Part shown: positions 13,271-27,413 of the stretch, piece after piece
Layout of the letters: each line of letters opens with the position of its first letter
Numbering within the stretch: position 1 is the first letter of the stretch
Assembly: GCA_028534125.1 (NCBI GenBank)
Contig: CM052816.1
Coordinates: 40,674,001 to 40,738,000 of the forward strand
Direction of reading: 5' to 3'
Length of the DNA: 64,000 bases
Source: Lama glama
Taxonomy: Eukaryota
The notes under the pieces: generated by a model
Seen by the model: only the letters and a program-made list of their open reading frames with translations
Told to the model about the DNA's origin: nothing
Database searches by the model: none
Translations under genes and position numbers: made by a program

Positions 13271-15539
13271 AGCCCCTGTGGAACAGAATTACAGTCCTTG
13301 AAAGGTCCATAGAGTTCATCTAAGTTAGACGGGTGCCTTCATGCAAATCTAACTGCTCGTAACTGATAGCTTCAAGGAGGTACCTGTGACCCGCGTTGTG
13401 CTTGAACTCCCAGGAGAAATCTTTCCTTCAGTTCCAGTTCATTTGCTTACCTTTAGCTCCCAGTAGCTATGAAGGGAGAGAGGGAGAGAAAGGAAAAATA
13501 AACACTCCCAAGTTTGTATTTTCTAATCAGCTTAATTTCCTTTATTCGTTTCCCGAGGTCTATGCTTTTTAAAGAACAGTCAAAATATTAAAAAATTAGT
13601 ATGTTTTTTCTGATCATTGACTATTGTGCTTCTGTAAACATTTTTAAAATTCTTATGGCAGTTTTTTACCAAATGCAATCTGTAGCTTATCAGTTGTCTT
13701 ATTCAGTTACTTGAGCCTTGTTATACCTTTTCATCATAAGTAAGCATCATTTTTTTTATAAGGTTACCACTTATATTTTCTCTAATAAATTGCATTCTGT
13801 TTTGTGGGCTAGTATTTTTTTGACTTGTTTTTCTAAATACTCTGCATATTTATATTGGCAATGCAATGATAGAAAATTAATATGTTCTCAGGAAAAATTG
13901 TTTGGGGACACTAATCAATAGCTGTCAGTTTAAACTAGGAAAAATACAGGTAAGGACTAAGTCATTTTTCAACTAAATTTTTTAAGCATTTCACTTCATT
14001 GGCATTTTTAGTGAAAATATTAAATGGAAAAATTTGAATTTGTAATTTATTGTTCATTTATTCAAGAGATATTAATGACAGCACTTGAGAGAGTTATTCT
14101 CTATATATTCACATAAACATTTCAGGTGCTCAATTACATTCTGTGTTGCTGACTAAACTTTTTCCCCCTATTAATTGCTAATTGCAAAGAAAAAAATATT
14201 ACAGTAAAGATACCTGACTGTCATCAACTTAATAACCACATGACCGAAATTGGCTTTCTTAATGGTGAGGCAACCTTATTATTCACCCACTGTTATGCTA
14301 AAAGATGAAGCACACAGACTCCCATGTGATTTATATTTTTTAAACACAGATCTAAATTCTACATTAATGAAAATACAAAGGGGAGAGTCAGAAAGTGAAC
14401 TGTGCAAGGAGAAAAACCCTCAGACAACACTAACATGTGGGGCGCTGTAAATAACTGGCCTGGACACTGAAGAAAGTGCCCACAGAGAGACAGCGACCAC
14501 ATCTTTCATGTACTATAAATACTGACACGGGGAACATATCTGTCATCATCAATTTTCCGTGCCTACAGCAAAACTGGAGTACAGAGAATATTCTGATTTG
14601 AAAGTACATATAGTGAATGGAGAGATAAGCCACAGAATAAGTTTTTAAACTTACTTAAACCCTTTCAAAGAATTAGTTTAGGATTGAGCATAACAGGAGG
14701 CTACCATGGTCCTGGTGGAGAAGACACACAGACCACGTCAGCGAGTGTTCACGTCAGGAGAAAGTCCATTCTGGGCTAGGATTTATTGGTGACAGGTCTG
14801 AACTCTGGAGAATCACAGCACTGGCTGTTGGAGGGGCAAAACCTAAGGACTTGGAAGATGTGTGAAAACTAGTGCAGCAGTTTCAGGATGTATCCTTCCT
14901 GGGGGGCAGGAAGGTACGCTGTACAGGTAGCTGTCCTTTGAGGGTGTGGCAGTAACAGTAAGTGAGCCCTATAGAAACTCAGCACATGTCACAGAAGTAG
15001 ATTTGCTGATTAATCTCCACACAAGTTTCATTTATGTAAAAACACAATGTAATGAAAAAAAAAGTAAAGAATGAAAGTTTACACTACAAAGCAGAGTAGG
15101 CAAAGGAATGTTAAAAGACTTCCTGGGGGTAACAACAATCATTGAATGTTAAATTGGGTGAAGATATGTTTTACTTCTGTCTCCTCATCCCCGATTCTAT
15201 GTTACGAGTTCTATGTTACGCAATCATTAAAAATGAAGCCAGGAGTTTGAAATATTTTTAGTGTATTTTTCACCAATGAAAAGTCTCTACAGCGTCTCTT
15301 AAAATCAACTGTGTTTTTTTTTTTTCCTACTAATTTTCCCAGGTTTGTTAAACAACTTTTTAAAAGATTTAATCCTCTCTTTTGGAGGGGAAATTCTCCT
15401 AACATAGTTAGAACAGTGGATAAGAAGACAAAAGTCAAGTATCTTTACTCAACGAATGATTGTTACCTTCAGAGTCTTTTAACAGCCCATTGTCTACTCT
15501 GCTTTATAGTTTAAACTTGCTTTTCTTTTCCCATTAAAT

Positions 15540-15680
15540 TTTGTTTTTGGAGATGTGTTTAGTGTCTTAGTGGTGATGATGTCATGAGTGTGTGTCTCTG
15601 TCCAGTCATCAAGATGTATACATTAAATGTGTGCAGTTTTTCTTTTTTTGTATGTCACTTATACTCCAATAAAGGCTTAC
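15540..15680 (+). mobile_element. Old L1 (L1MB/MC/ME) 3' end
   Basis: gtggtgatg...catcaagatgtatacattaaatgtgtgcagttttt...tatactccaataaag. Confidence 0.7.
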
Positions 15681-15849
15681 CTAACAGTCATCCTGTACTG
15701 TAATTTAGGATTGATATTCTGTTGGCCACACTATACTGTAAACTTCTTGATACGTAAAAGCTTTTAACTTTCTCAAAACCTTTGAAGCAATTTGTAAGCA
15801 TACTATATTGTGGAAGGCACCACACTTGATATCTTTGCATATTGCTTCA

Positions 15850-15987
15850 TTATTTATATATATATATATATAAATTATTTATATATATTTATATATTAAA
15901 ATATTTCTAAATCTGTATTTATAAATATATATACATATTTACACATATAAAAATTATATATTATGTGTGTGTGTGTGTGTGTGTGTA
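15850..15987. repeat. Compound (TA)-rich and (TG)n microsatellite
   Basis: Seen directly. Confidence 0.85.
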
Positions 15988-16800
15988 TAAATGGAATTGC
16001 TGGGTCATATGGTAGTTCTATTTTTAGTATTTTGAGAAACTTCCATACTGTTTTCCACAGTGGCTGCACCAATTTACATTCTCAGAACAGTGCACAAGCA
16101 TTACCTTTTCTCCACAACCTCGCCAATATTTGTGCTCTTTTTCATGATGGCCATTCTGGCAGATATGAGGTGATCGCTCATTGTGATTTTGTTTTGCATT
16201 TCCCTGATGACTAGTGATTTTGAGCATCTTTTCATGTGCCTGTTGGCTGTCTCTGTTTCCTCTTTGGAAAAGATACATGCACCCCAGTGTTCGTAGCAGT
16301 GTTATTTACAATTGTTAAGATAGGGCAACAACCTAAGTGTCCGTCAATAGATGAGTGAATAAAGAAGGTGTGATACATATGTGCATGCATGTATATACAC
16401 ACACACAAAATAAAAAAGAATGTAATTTTGCCATTTGCAGGAACATGGATGGACTTAGAGGGCTAAGCGAAATAAGTCAGACAAGGACAAATACTGTATG
16501 ATATCACTTATATGTGGAATCTAAAAATTACAACAAACTAGTGAATATAACAAAAAAGAAACAGACTAAAAGATAAAAAGAACAAACTAGTGGTTCAGTG
16601 GGGAAGAGGGAGGAGCAGTATAGGGGTAGGTTGGTGGGAGGTGTAAACTATTCAATGTAAAACAGACTCAAAGATATTTTGTACAACACAGGAAGTATAG
16701 CCAATATTTTGTAATAGAAAGTACAAAATGGAAATTAACGTTTAAAAATTGTATATAATTTCTTAAAAGATCTACAAGTTGGAATATCAAAAAAAATAAA
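15988..16800. mobile_element. 5'-inverted L1 insertion: antisense 15988-16270, sense 16270-16800 with A-rich tail
   Basis: Antisense ORF2 C-terminal piece joined at gaaaaga to a sense ORF2 end and 3' UTR. Confidence 0.85.
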
Positions 16801-18099
16801 ATTAATATAATTAGTGATTAAAAAGTATGAAATGCATGATTATTACTATTATTTTGTGAGCAACTTAATGTTTATGCATACTAAGAATAAAGTAACTGTC
16901 ATTCAACTCAGCACATTATCAAAAAGGGTAATATATTTACATTAAGTTTGAATAGATAAGTAAAACAAATATATATTGATTTTTTTCTTTTTGACTATTG
17001 TGGGAACATTAACCCCATACTATATGAAAAAAGAACCTTTGAGCCTCGTCTTCATTTTTAAGTGGAAAGTATTAAAGTGTGATGATATGAAACATTTTTT
17101 TCTTAAGAAGCATGGCAGAAGTGAAAATCAAAGAGGTGATAATAAAGAATTAGAAAGTATAAGAACATTACAAAGCACTGATGCATAGAGAAAAGGACAG
17201 GGCTGTAACAGAGCTTTCAGTTCTTTAAAGTAACATTTGGATGTGGTAAATAAAATTTATTCTATGCAGCTGAACATTGAGTAATTAATCTTTGTGCTTC
17301 ATCAAGATGAAATGATTATGGGCTCTTAAAATTATTCTAGAGGAATATTTAAAAATGCGCCAAAGTTTTATGCCAATATCTTCTTCAAAGAGATTTATAA
17401 TCAGTATTTAAATTAGTGCTTGTCAATTTTTTAAATATCAGAATTTTAACATCTAACTTTTTGTAATTATTTTAAAATGCAATGGATGTTACCTTATGGT
17501 AACTTTGTTAGAAAATGTGGTTGCCAATATATAATCACAGATATCCTTCAAATTTTTAAAGCTAACTTTTGTTACTCTATCTGTATTTACAATTAGTTGA
17601 GTAAAGCTTATTTGGGCCCTAATAATAATTTCTATATTATGCTAAACAAAGGTTTTTTTTGGTAACTGAATTATGAATTTCTGAATTTGAGTATTTGAAA
17701 TGCAAAAATCTTTTCATATCATGTAACTCTCTACTCAGACTTTTAAGTAGTTTGGAAACTAACTGAAAAAATAGTTTATTTCTTATAAAAGGGAATTATG
17801 AAAATACTGGGTCACTTCTAAAGTAAAGTATAATAAAGTCCCTGAAAACTTTATTTGAATTAATTATAATACAGAGGCAGAAAACTTGCTTACAGATCTT
17901 CTTGTCTTTCTTAATAATTTATGCTGAATAAACATGTATCAGATCTAGGCAATTTAAAGCAATGAACTGAGCCTCATAGTATTTTTTTTTTCTTGAAAGC
18001 ATTTAAGAATCATGGTTTCTTTTTTATCTCTAAAACACCATTTTTCCTGTGTGTGTGTGCGTGCGTGCGCATTCTACACGAGTGTACTTACTCCTTTTT

Positions 18100-19400
18100 T
18101 CATGCCCTTTCTAATCTTTTGCATCTTAGACCCTTGATTATTTTTTCTTCTTCCTTAACATCCTTTAGATATGCTTTAATAGGAATTTTTTCATGGTCAA
18201 CTCAGTATTTTCTTACATGACATTGTCTTTTTTCCTTCTTTCTTGAAAGATATCTTTGAAGGTTTTATTTCTGCCAAACTACTATTAAGAGCGTCTCTTA
18301 ATTTTTCCTATGACCAAATTTTATTGCAATGTGTCTAGGTATAAGTTTTTGTATGTTTTAAACCATGATTGGGATATGTTGGGTTTCCAAAATTGAAGGT
18401 TCATTTCTTTCAACAATTCTTAACAATTATTCCTTCAAATATTGCCTCTTCTCTGTTTTAAATACTACCTGTTTTCAGAAGTCAAACGTGCCTCAAGACA
18501 TTACTATATTTTTGATTTTTCACAACTTCTCTATTATGTTTGACACCTTTTTATCTCTGATATCCAAAAAATTACTTTTTCAGTTGTTGATCTATTCTTC
18601 TGTATCTAGTTTGTTGTTTAACACATCTGTTAAACTTTTAATTTATAGTCCTCCTTTTGTTTCTTTCAAGATATTGTTTTCTTACTTTACATCCCATAAT
18701 TACTAATTTTAGTACTTGTTGACTTGTGGGTTCTGATTAAGAAATTCATTTCTTCCTACTGATTTTTACTTATGTTGGTTTGTTTCCATGTGAATTTGTA
18801 TCTGTGTGAGAAAAGAGTGGGAAGGAAGGGGGGAGGATAGAAATTCATATTTTTTGCATATTTTAGGAATATAATGAGGACTGAATTGCAAGCCACTCTT
18901 ACATACGTGATATGCCTTTATTTCCATAAATACTTAGACCTTAACAGAGGAAGATCAATTTAGACCAAGTGCTTGTCTTGTGGTGGGGGAGGGAAGGGGT
19001 TTATCAGACCTCACGGATTATATAAATTGTAGCGAGGTGCGCAGTTGAGGGTTGACTTGTGATTATAGATTCTGAGAGAATTTCTGGTATTCCCATCCTC
19101 CAAATTTGATGTCTAAAATAGGCACATTTTTTTCACCTTCTTCCTCTGTTGGCAGAATTAGCTTTCAGTGGGTACCCGGCTTTATACAGGCTCCCCTGGT
19201 TCTGATGTCCCATTTTGATTGGGCCTCAGGCTTGCCTCCTCTTCCCTGTGTCCTATTAACAAGGAAAATGTAGGCAAGTGGGATTTAATACATGCTCCCT
19301 AGGTAGCCACCAACTAAAACTACACTTGTTCCATTTCTTTCCTATTTGAGAGTGATTTTTGGTCTCTGGATATTTCTCTACCTTTTTGTTGTTGTAGTAC
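18100..19400 (-). mobile_element. Old L1 5'/ORF1 or HAL1-like fragment
   Basis: T-rich degenerate text (ttgcaatgtgtctaggtata, attccttcaaatattgcctcttc). Confidence 0.5.
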
Positions 19401-20495
19401 AGGAAAACTGGATGGCAGACTGCCAACGCTGAAGGCTCCATTGTGGTTTTACCTTTCTTTTGTTCTAGAAGACTACTTCTGCTGAAATTGATGAACAAAA
19501 CAGTGTAGCAATTAGAGCAGTGGATTCAATATTTATGTTCACTAATTTAACAGATGAAATTATATTTGTCATCCATTCCTGCTTTTTAAACTATTTGTGA
19601 AGAAATATACTTATTTCATTGTATTGTTTCACATCTGAGAATAAAGCACATACGTTAATTCTTATTTTGAGAGGGGCTAACATTTAAATGTGATGGTCGA
19701 GGATTTTTCCATTTATACTTTTATCATTCAGAAGCATATTTTACCTTTAAGTAAAGCCACTTCTCTTGACGTGGGAACTTGGACATTTATAATCAGACTC
19801 TGGAAACTTCAGTTGCCTCGGAGGTGATTGTTTAATGAGACTAATCCATGTTCCTTTGACAATGTGTAATTCAAATTACTTTAAACACTTTTCAATTTAA
19901 TGGTAGAACTGTGCAAACATAAGGAATAAAAGTATGTAATTTTCACAAGAAAGGATTTGCCTTTATTCCCCACCCCCCCTTTTTTTTTTTTGCTTTTGAG
20001 AAAAACTGAGAAAGAACTTTTTTCAGGATGTATCACATATATTTATCATATTCCTAAGGTATTTCTCACCATTCATCCCCTCAAATACCTGACAAACTCA
20101 ATGCTTATTATTTTTGTCAACTTTTTTTTTTTACTGCAAACAAGAATAATTATTGAAATTCCAAATGATAGGAATTTGGGCACCTTAAAATAAAGACTAT
20201 ATAATTATCTTCAGGAATGTGAATTAGCCTTTTGTATTAGATATATTACTTAGAGGCTCAAAGAAAATACAATAAAATAGCTAAAGAGTAGAAAAATCAG
20301 ATCTGTCTGTCTCTAACGCCAAGTCTTTTTCTACTTAAGAAAAGCCATGTCACTAAATTCAGTAATGGCAGTTGTACATAAATTAACTTTAAAACAAAGA
20401 TCAATATTGCTAAACTGGAAAAGTGTTTTATTCCCTGTCTAGTATTTTGCATTTTTAGCTGTATCTCATTTACCAGCAATTAAGAGGAAGAGACA

Positions 20496-21291
20496 CTGCC
20501 CAAGGCAATCTACAGATTTAATGCAATTCCTATCCAATTACCCAGGACATATTTCACAGAACTAGAACAAATCATAATAAAATTTATATGGTACCATCAA
20601 AGACCTAGAATTGCCAAAGCATTACTGAAGAGAAAGAAAGAGGCTGGAGGANNNNNNNNNNNNNNNNNNNNNNNNNNNNNNNNNNNNNNNNNNNNNNNNN
20701 NNNNNNNNNNNNNNNNNNNNNNNNNNNNNNNNNNNNNNNNNNNNNNNNNNNNNNNNNNNNNNNNNNNNNNNNNNNNNNNNNNNNNNNNNNNNNNNNNNNN
20801 NNNNNNNNNNNNNNNNNNNNNNNNNNNNNNNNNNNNNNNNNNNNNNNNNNNNNNNNNNNNNNNNNNNNNNNNNNNNNNNNNNNNNNNNNNNNNNNNNNNN
20901 NNNNNNNNNNNNNNNNNNNNNNNNNNNNNNNNNNNNNNNNNNNNNNNNNNNNNNNNNNNNNNNNNNNNNNNNNNNNNNNNNNNNNNNNNNNNNNNNNNNN
21001 NNNNNNNNNNNNNNNNNNNNNNNNNNNNNNNNNNNNNNNNNNNNNNNNNNNNNNNNNNNNNNNNNNNNNNNNNNNNNNNNNNNNNNNNNNNNNNNNNNNN
21101 NNNNNNNNNNNNNNNNNNNNNNNNNNNNNNNNNNNNNNNNNNNNNNNNNNNCAAAATGTTATGATAAATCACAGAGAAAAAAATGTGACAATGAGTGTGT
21201 ATATGTCCATGAATGACTGAAAAATTGTGCTGAACACTGGAATTTGACAGAACATTGTAAAATGATTATAAATCAATAAAAAATGTTAAAA
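20496..21291 (+). mobile_element. Young 5'-truncated L1 with 14-bp target-site duplication, spanning the assembly gap
   Basis: Open ORF2 frame [52 protein letters not shown]; 3' UTR ends in aataaa plus A tail; aagaggaagagaca at 20482-20495 and 21292-21305. Confidence 0.95.
20652..21151. other. Assembly gap (500 N)
   Basis: Run of N. Confidence 1.
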
Positions 21292-21604
21292 AAGAGGAAG
21301 AGACATAAAAGTGGAGAAGAGAAAACTTTAAGATTGTCTTCTAAGACATTTTTCTCCAAGTCACATCTGTCACATTGAAGATATATTTTGCCCTATTTTA
21401 TAAAATAGCCATTTTTATCTTTAAAATCTTCACAAACTTTGTAGATGTATTCCTTCAGTTATTTCTATATATTACATGCAACTTAATTCCCAAAACAGTT
21501 TTGAATTTTAAGCGTGATGTGATTTTAATTATTTATATATTTTAAGTATGGAACTCTTAAAGAATAAAGAAATTTTAAATAAAGAATTTAGCACAACATT
21601 ACCC

Positions 21605-21660
21605 AAATGACTTACTCTCTCTGAGGCTCAATCTTCTCATCTGTAAAATGGAAAACTATC
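21605..21660 (+). mobile_element. MIR core fragment
   Basis: ctctctgaggctcaatcttctcatctgtaaaatgg. Confidence 0.65.
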
Positions 21661-23008
21661 TAAAGTGTATCTATTAACATTCCTGAAAATAAGTATAGTC
21701 TTTATTTTTAACATGCCTGAATTCCTATCATTTAAAGTTCTGGCAATTAGTCTTGCATTCAGTAAAATAAAAACAAACAAAAGTAAGTAATTTTGAGATA
21801 GGAGGGAAGGGGGCAGGGCAAAACCATTGAAGGAGTGACCCAGCGATTGAGGACATTAGTGATTAGAAGAGAACCTTAGACTTTTGCAACAATTTGAGGC
21901 AGAGGGTGGTGGGAAAGACCTTAGGGAAATGTATGTAAAATACATCCTGAAAAATCATACAGCAAAGGAAGATTCTAACTACAGATAGCTTACTATAATC
22001 TTGAAATCTAAGCATGAAGAAATCATAAACTTCAATTTTCACTTGATTTACTTAAAATTTCTTTCCTTGAAATATTTGAGTGAGAAATCGAATACAGTTA
22101 GGACTATAGTTTTTTACTTTTGGTTGATCACATAATGTACAGCTTTTTGAACTGTTTTCTAAAATTGCAAAAATAATAGCAGTTTTTTATTCCTTACTTT
22201 AAGATGAGGTTTTTAGTCTCTACAATCTTGCATAATTTTATCTTAGAAATAGATGAGAACAATTTAGAAGTTTGAATAGCTAGGAAATTCTTCTCATAGA
22301 AGAAACTATGCTTTCATATAGGGAATGAAATGACTAATAATTTAAAACATTTTCTTTTTTCCTTCTATATTTACTTCTCACATTAACTTAAAGACTCCTG
22401 AGATTGTCTTCTGTGCTTTCACAGCTCTCATATAGATCCTTGTTGGTGAGCATATCCACCTCATTTTGAAAATGAAGTGGCCAGGCAATTTAATACCAAC
22501 CAGTTTGCTTCATATTCAGCAGGGTCCCATTTTCACAGCATTAGATTGTAGTTGAGCAGATGAGTTTCACCACACAGTGCTAACAGTTAACATTTAAACT
22601 GAATCTTCCCACTGTTAGGGGGAAAAAATGAAGTCAAGTAATCTCCAAACTAAAAACTGGCAGCACTATTATCTGTCATTAACTTCTTAAATCCATCTAA
22701 TTGGTAGTCAAAATGTTTACCAACCAAGGAATATATTCAGCCGTTGTCTCTGTTTTCATAATACTGAGGCTTAATTCATTGTCCAAATCTCCTTATGTTA
22801 CATAAGAATGTTAACTGGATATGCAGGCCAAGAATCCTAGAATTCAGCCAAGAAGCCAAAGGTGTTTCTACAAGGACATAGAGATAGATTCTTTATTAGA
22901 GCAACTGAAAGAAGGGTAAGAATAATTAAGCTTCAGTGCTTCTGAGGGACTTGGAAAGGCATAAAAGAAAAATCTTTCTCTTTAATGTCACTGAATATTT
23001 AAAAGCAC

Positions 23009-23470
23009 TGTCAGGCTGTACCTGGCAGCACTTGCAAGGTCTATTCTCGCCCAGCTTTAAGTCTGAAGAAAGAGCCCAGAGTCAGTGACAGAAACATCAG
23101 TGGTTTAATGGATAGTGGGAGCTTACTCATCCGAAGCAAGGTCCTGGAGTGACACCCCACCGTGTGTGGTGGATGGTGGGGCAAGATACGTGGCAATCTT
23201 CGTCCCGGGGTCGGAGGGAGATTACCAGTTACAGGGCGAGCCTCAGGTCAGCTCATTGGTTACCGGGAAACCAGTAGAGGGGCATACTGATCACCATCCC
23301 TCTGATAAATATAGTAGAGATGTTTTTGTCTAAAGGTAGAACAATTATTAACTGGGGCCTGGGGCAGTTAGGTAGGAAGGTCAGTCCTGTGAGTAGGTGT
23401 GGGTGAAGCAGGCACTGGTTGAGCAGGGCATGGACAGAAAACTGCCACCTTGAGTGGTCTGGCTATAGAA
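23009..23470 (-). mobile_element. Probable ERV solo LTR, family unassigned
   Basis: About 460 bp GC-elevated block with retained CpGs, starting tg and carrying an antisense polyA-like signal (tttaat). Confidence 0.45.
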
Positions 23471-23909
23471 GTAGGTATATCCAATTTTAGGAATTTACAT
23501 TTGTCAGCTAATTTGAAACCACCCAGGTGCTTTAGTATGATATACTTGCTATTTGTGAAAAAGTGTGATGGATTGCAATATATTATTGTTGATGTAATTG
23601 TTGTTTTGAAGTTACTGTGGTTTTTTGTGGGCTCTTGTCCTTTGCTGAGGAAAGTACTTCTGGTTTTGATCATTAGTCTTCATCCTGCTTTATCATTAGA
23701 GAAAATGGACAGAAACTAAAAATGGGAAAAACTCAAATCCAATTCCCTATTGTTGATGTACACATACTTACTTTTGTATCTGTATCTGTATCCTTTCTCC
23801 TATCTGCATCTATATGGTACATGGGCTTCAAGAATGTCATTCCAAATGTGTCCGTCTACCCAGACCTTCTCCCTCTGAATTAACTATTTTGTGATATTTT
23901 CCTTACATC

Positions 23910-24075
23910 ATAAGGCAGTAAGAAGGAGGTGCTCATGCGATGAAATTTTGGACTCCAAATCCAGACTACCTGAATTTGATGCCTGAATCTTCCTCTGACC
24001 AGCTTAAACCCTCTCTACCTCATTATTCTCATCAGTGGCAGTAATAGTACCTGTATGTAAATATATATATATAAT
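23910..24075 (+). mobile_element. MIR
   Basis: ggactccaaatccagactacctgaatttga...cttaaaccctctctacctcatt...taatagtacct. Confidence 0.6.
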
Positions 24076-25869
24076 TGTTAAGTAAAGATACATACACATA
24101 TATCACTGCAAAATCAGGAAGAAATATTGAAGAATATTTTTCTATTAGAAATCAAGGATCAAAAGGCCAACAGCCATCCTGCTCAATGATCTTGCAACTT
24201 AGTTCATTTGAGAAGAGTGTGTTATTAATGGGAGTATAAGACTCTTTATGGGGCTGAAAACCAGCTTAAGCCAGCTAATTATGCTAATAGGCCTGTGCAG
24301 TTCAAGGAATGTTTATCTGTTCAATATGTGACATTTTTAGTGAGTCTTTTTTCAGATGTTTTGTTGAACACAGGGATATTTAAAAATTTAAAGGTATTTC
24401 ATTTAGAAAATTTATTAGATACCAGTTTTTGAAACATTTAAACACAGAGAAGGAAAAAGAAAATTAACAGATTAAAGATTGCAGTTTCATTATGTTCAAT
24501 TTATTAGACCATCTTTCCAGTCTGTTATTAAAAATAATATACTCTTCATTAAGAGAGTTAGACAAGATGTGTGTGGGCCTGGGTGTACCATCATAAACCT
24601 AGTTTATCATGAGGCAATTATTTGTGTTTATTCCAAAGTTTCATGCTATCTCGTATATCTGATTTTTAATAAGCTACATATATCAAGCTCTAAAGACAGG
24701 AATTATAACCTATAAACTAAAACTAATTTATTAATCTTTATATTGTGAGTGCATATTACCAATAATATATTCTAACAATAATATATTACTAAAGTCACAT
24801 AGGTTTTAGCAGAATCAAAGATGTTGCATACAATGCAATTATAATGCATTAACCATAAGTAAAATATTTTGTATATATGTGAATTTAGAGAAATAAAAAT
24901 AACATAAATTATGAAATGAAATCCAGATAGCAGTTCATAAGTTTACTATTAAAATAGTACAATCCTGAGAGTGAGCTGGAGAGGGAGAGAGGGGAGAACG
25001 AAAGGAAACTGTGTGATGAGTATCTAAGGCTCATGTTTGATGTTAAACAAAGTACTCAAAAATCAAAAGGCAAATCAGGAAACATACTGAATTTGGGGTT
25101 AAAACCAAGTATTTCCCCTAATAAAATCTTACAAATTACAGTTTCTGTAAGCCCAATATTTCATCAGTTTTAAAACTCTAGTTTTAAATTCTATGAGAAA
25201 TTATTCACTATTAAATTCACTTATACTTAATTTACATATTATATGCTAATGACCACTTAAATGTTGAGGGATTCTCTCTCTTTCATTTTCTTTTCCTAGG
25301 ATGAAAAAGCTAGAAAAAGTCTTCACTGTGATAGTCATTTTGAATAAAGGTGTATTTTAAGATGAAAATTGATAAGTAAGAATTAATCACCTGAGAATAA
25401 CTGAATTCTTTCCATGGAGTGAAAAAATACTGTTTTTTTGCTATACATATAAATTCAGAGAAGAAAAATATACATAAAATCTAATAGTTTTGTTTAGGAT
25501 TTTCGTAGTATCTTTGAATCTTATTAAGCAGCAGATTAAATTCCTCAGCCAAATATATACCTGAGAGAATTGTCTTGTTTGCTAATACCTGCTCAGGTCT
25601 ATCTTGCTTTCTCATTTTTATGTCTGTGATGCTGTTTTAAATACAAATGAGTCTAATTACTATATGTGTCTCAGCATGCAAAGCTGGTCTGAACAAGTAT
25701 ATTCCTCTAGTCAACCACAGCATCTACTGACTCATAATGAAGTTTCTAAAATTCTTAATATTAGTGGCTCATTTAGGCTTGTGGTATTTGGCAAGAAATT
25801 TCCCTAATGTTATGTAAAATGAATGCCATCAAGGTTTCAGAATGTTCCTAATTCATGAAGTACACAATT

Positions 25870-26665
25870 ATCAGTCACCTGCTATGCAGCACCATTAGTC
25901 TGTGGTACAATAACCATAGAGTTCCTGCTTCTGAGGTGCTCACCACTTAGCGATCTATCAGAATGTGCTGTCTACTGGCCACCCTGCAAGCAGAGGATGA
26001 AGACAGATAACACAGAAGCTGAACCTTATTGAAGGATTGATTAGAAGGGCTGGAGTGAGAACTTCCCAGGCAGAGAAAATGCGTGAATACATGAGCATAT
26101 GAGATTTCATGATGTTTTAGAGAAACCAGAGTTAGTCCAGCATTGTCAAAGAGAATTATTTGTAAAGGTATATTAAACAGCAGTGTACAGGTGATTCAGG
26201 AGAGTTCTGTTTGACCTCATGTAGACAGGTAAAGAGAAAGAAATCAGGTGGCTGCCTGTACAAGTGGAATTATCCAAAGAGTATTGTGTTAAACAAAGAC
26301 TAGCCATGTATGTAGACAGGAAACAGACAATAATAAGTATATATCATGAAACCTGTGAGAGGAAGTAAGCAGAGTATTACATTAGAGGATAACAGACTGG
26401 AAGGAGATTAAAAGAAACAAAAGTAATAGCATTCAAAGAGTTGGGACCGAGGATGTGGGAATGAAGAAATAGTCATAGAGAGTAAGTAAAATTGTTCTCA
26501 GGTGAAAAAGTGCTGGATACAGTCTAGGAACTGCTAGAATATTGCTACAGTTTTAGAATGATGAGTTATTACTCATGGCATGAGTTAGAATTGGTTACGA
26601 GATTGGGACTGGAGAAATCAGGGCTTTGAAAGCTCTGGGTAAGGAGTTAGGTATGATTGTAAGTG
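25870..26665 (-). mobile_element. L2 fragment(s)
   Basis: agtcacctgctatgcagcacc, ttcccaggcagagaaaa, ggtaaggagttagg; typical degenerate L2 3' region. Confidence 0.55.
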
Positions 26666-27413
26666 CGCTTGTCTGCTAAATACATGAAACATACTCAAAC
26701 TTAGTAGTTACCAGGGGCTACCAGAGTACAACTACCTAAGATCCAATGCTTTTTCCGAAGAAAGTAACAAAGAAATAATACTATTCAGTGTTATTAAAAC
26801 TAAGATAAATCTACATTCTCATATACAGCTAGTGTACATATAATTGGGAAACTATTTTGGAGAGGAAATTAGTTGTACAAGTGCATTCCTTTTGACTTTA
26901 AAAAAAATTCATGGAAGCTCAATAAGAATAATTTTTACAAACCTATCTATTTCACTTATTAAAAATTTTTAATTGAAAACATTTTTTAATGTAGTTACCT
27001 GTGTGGAAATATATCTAATTCATTTATCTTTACTATTTAATTTGGGTTATTTCTGTATTCATTTAGCTTTGTTTTTAAAAAAAGTGTATATTTCTGCATG
27101 TCTCCAAGTTACATAAGTAGTATCCTCAGAAGATATTCATAGTAAGCTTAAAACATGCCCTGCTTCTGTAAATATACTGTATATAAATATAAATATACCT
27201 GACAAGAACAATGTTAGGACACTTCTCATTCATTAATTCATATTTCTTATATGATACACTTATTTCTCCTTGTGTTTTTCTAACTTTTCTTCAGATATTA
27301 GAGTTAATGATACAATACAAAAATTTTTTTTACAGAATTAAAAGCATCAGATAAGAGAAATGGCAATTGACTGAATATTATTTTATAGGATTCAAGGATT
27401 TTTTGGCTGGCAG

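Noticed and set aside
18365..18706. 113-aa hydrophobic ORF
   Set aside because: T-rich antisense strand of an old LINE.
20597..21172. 191-aa ORF
   Set aside because: Artefact of the N gap.
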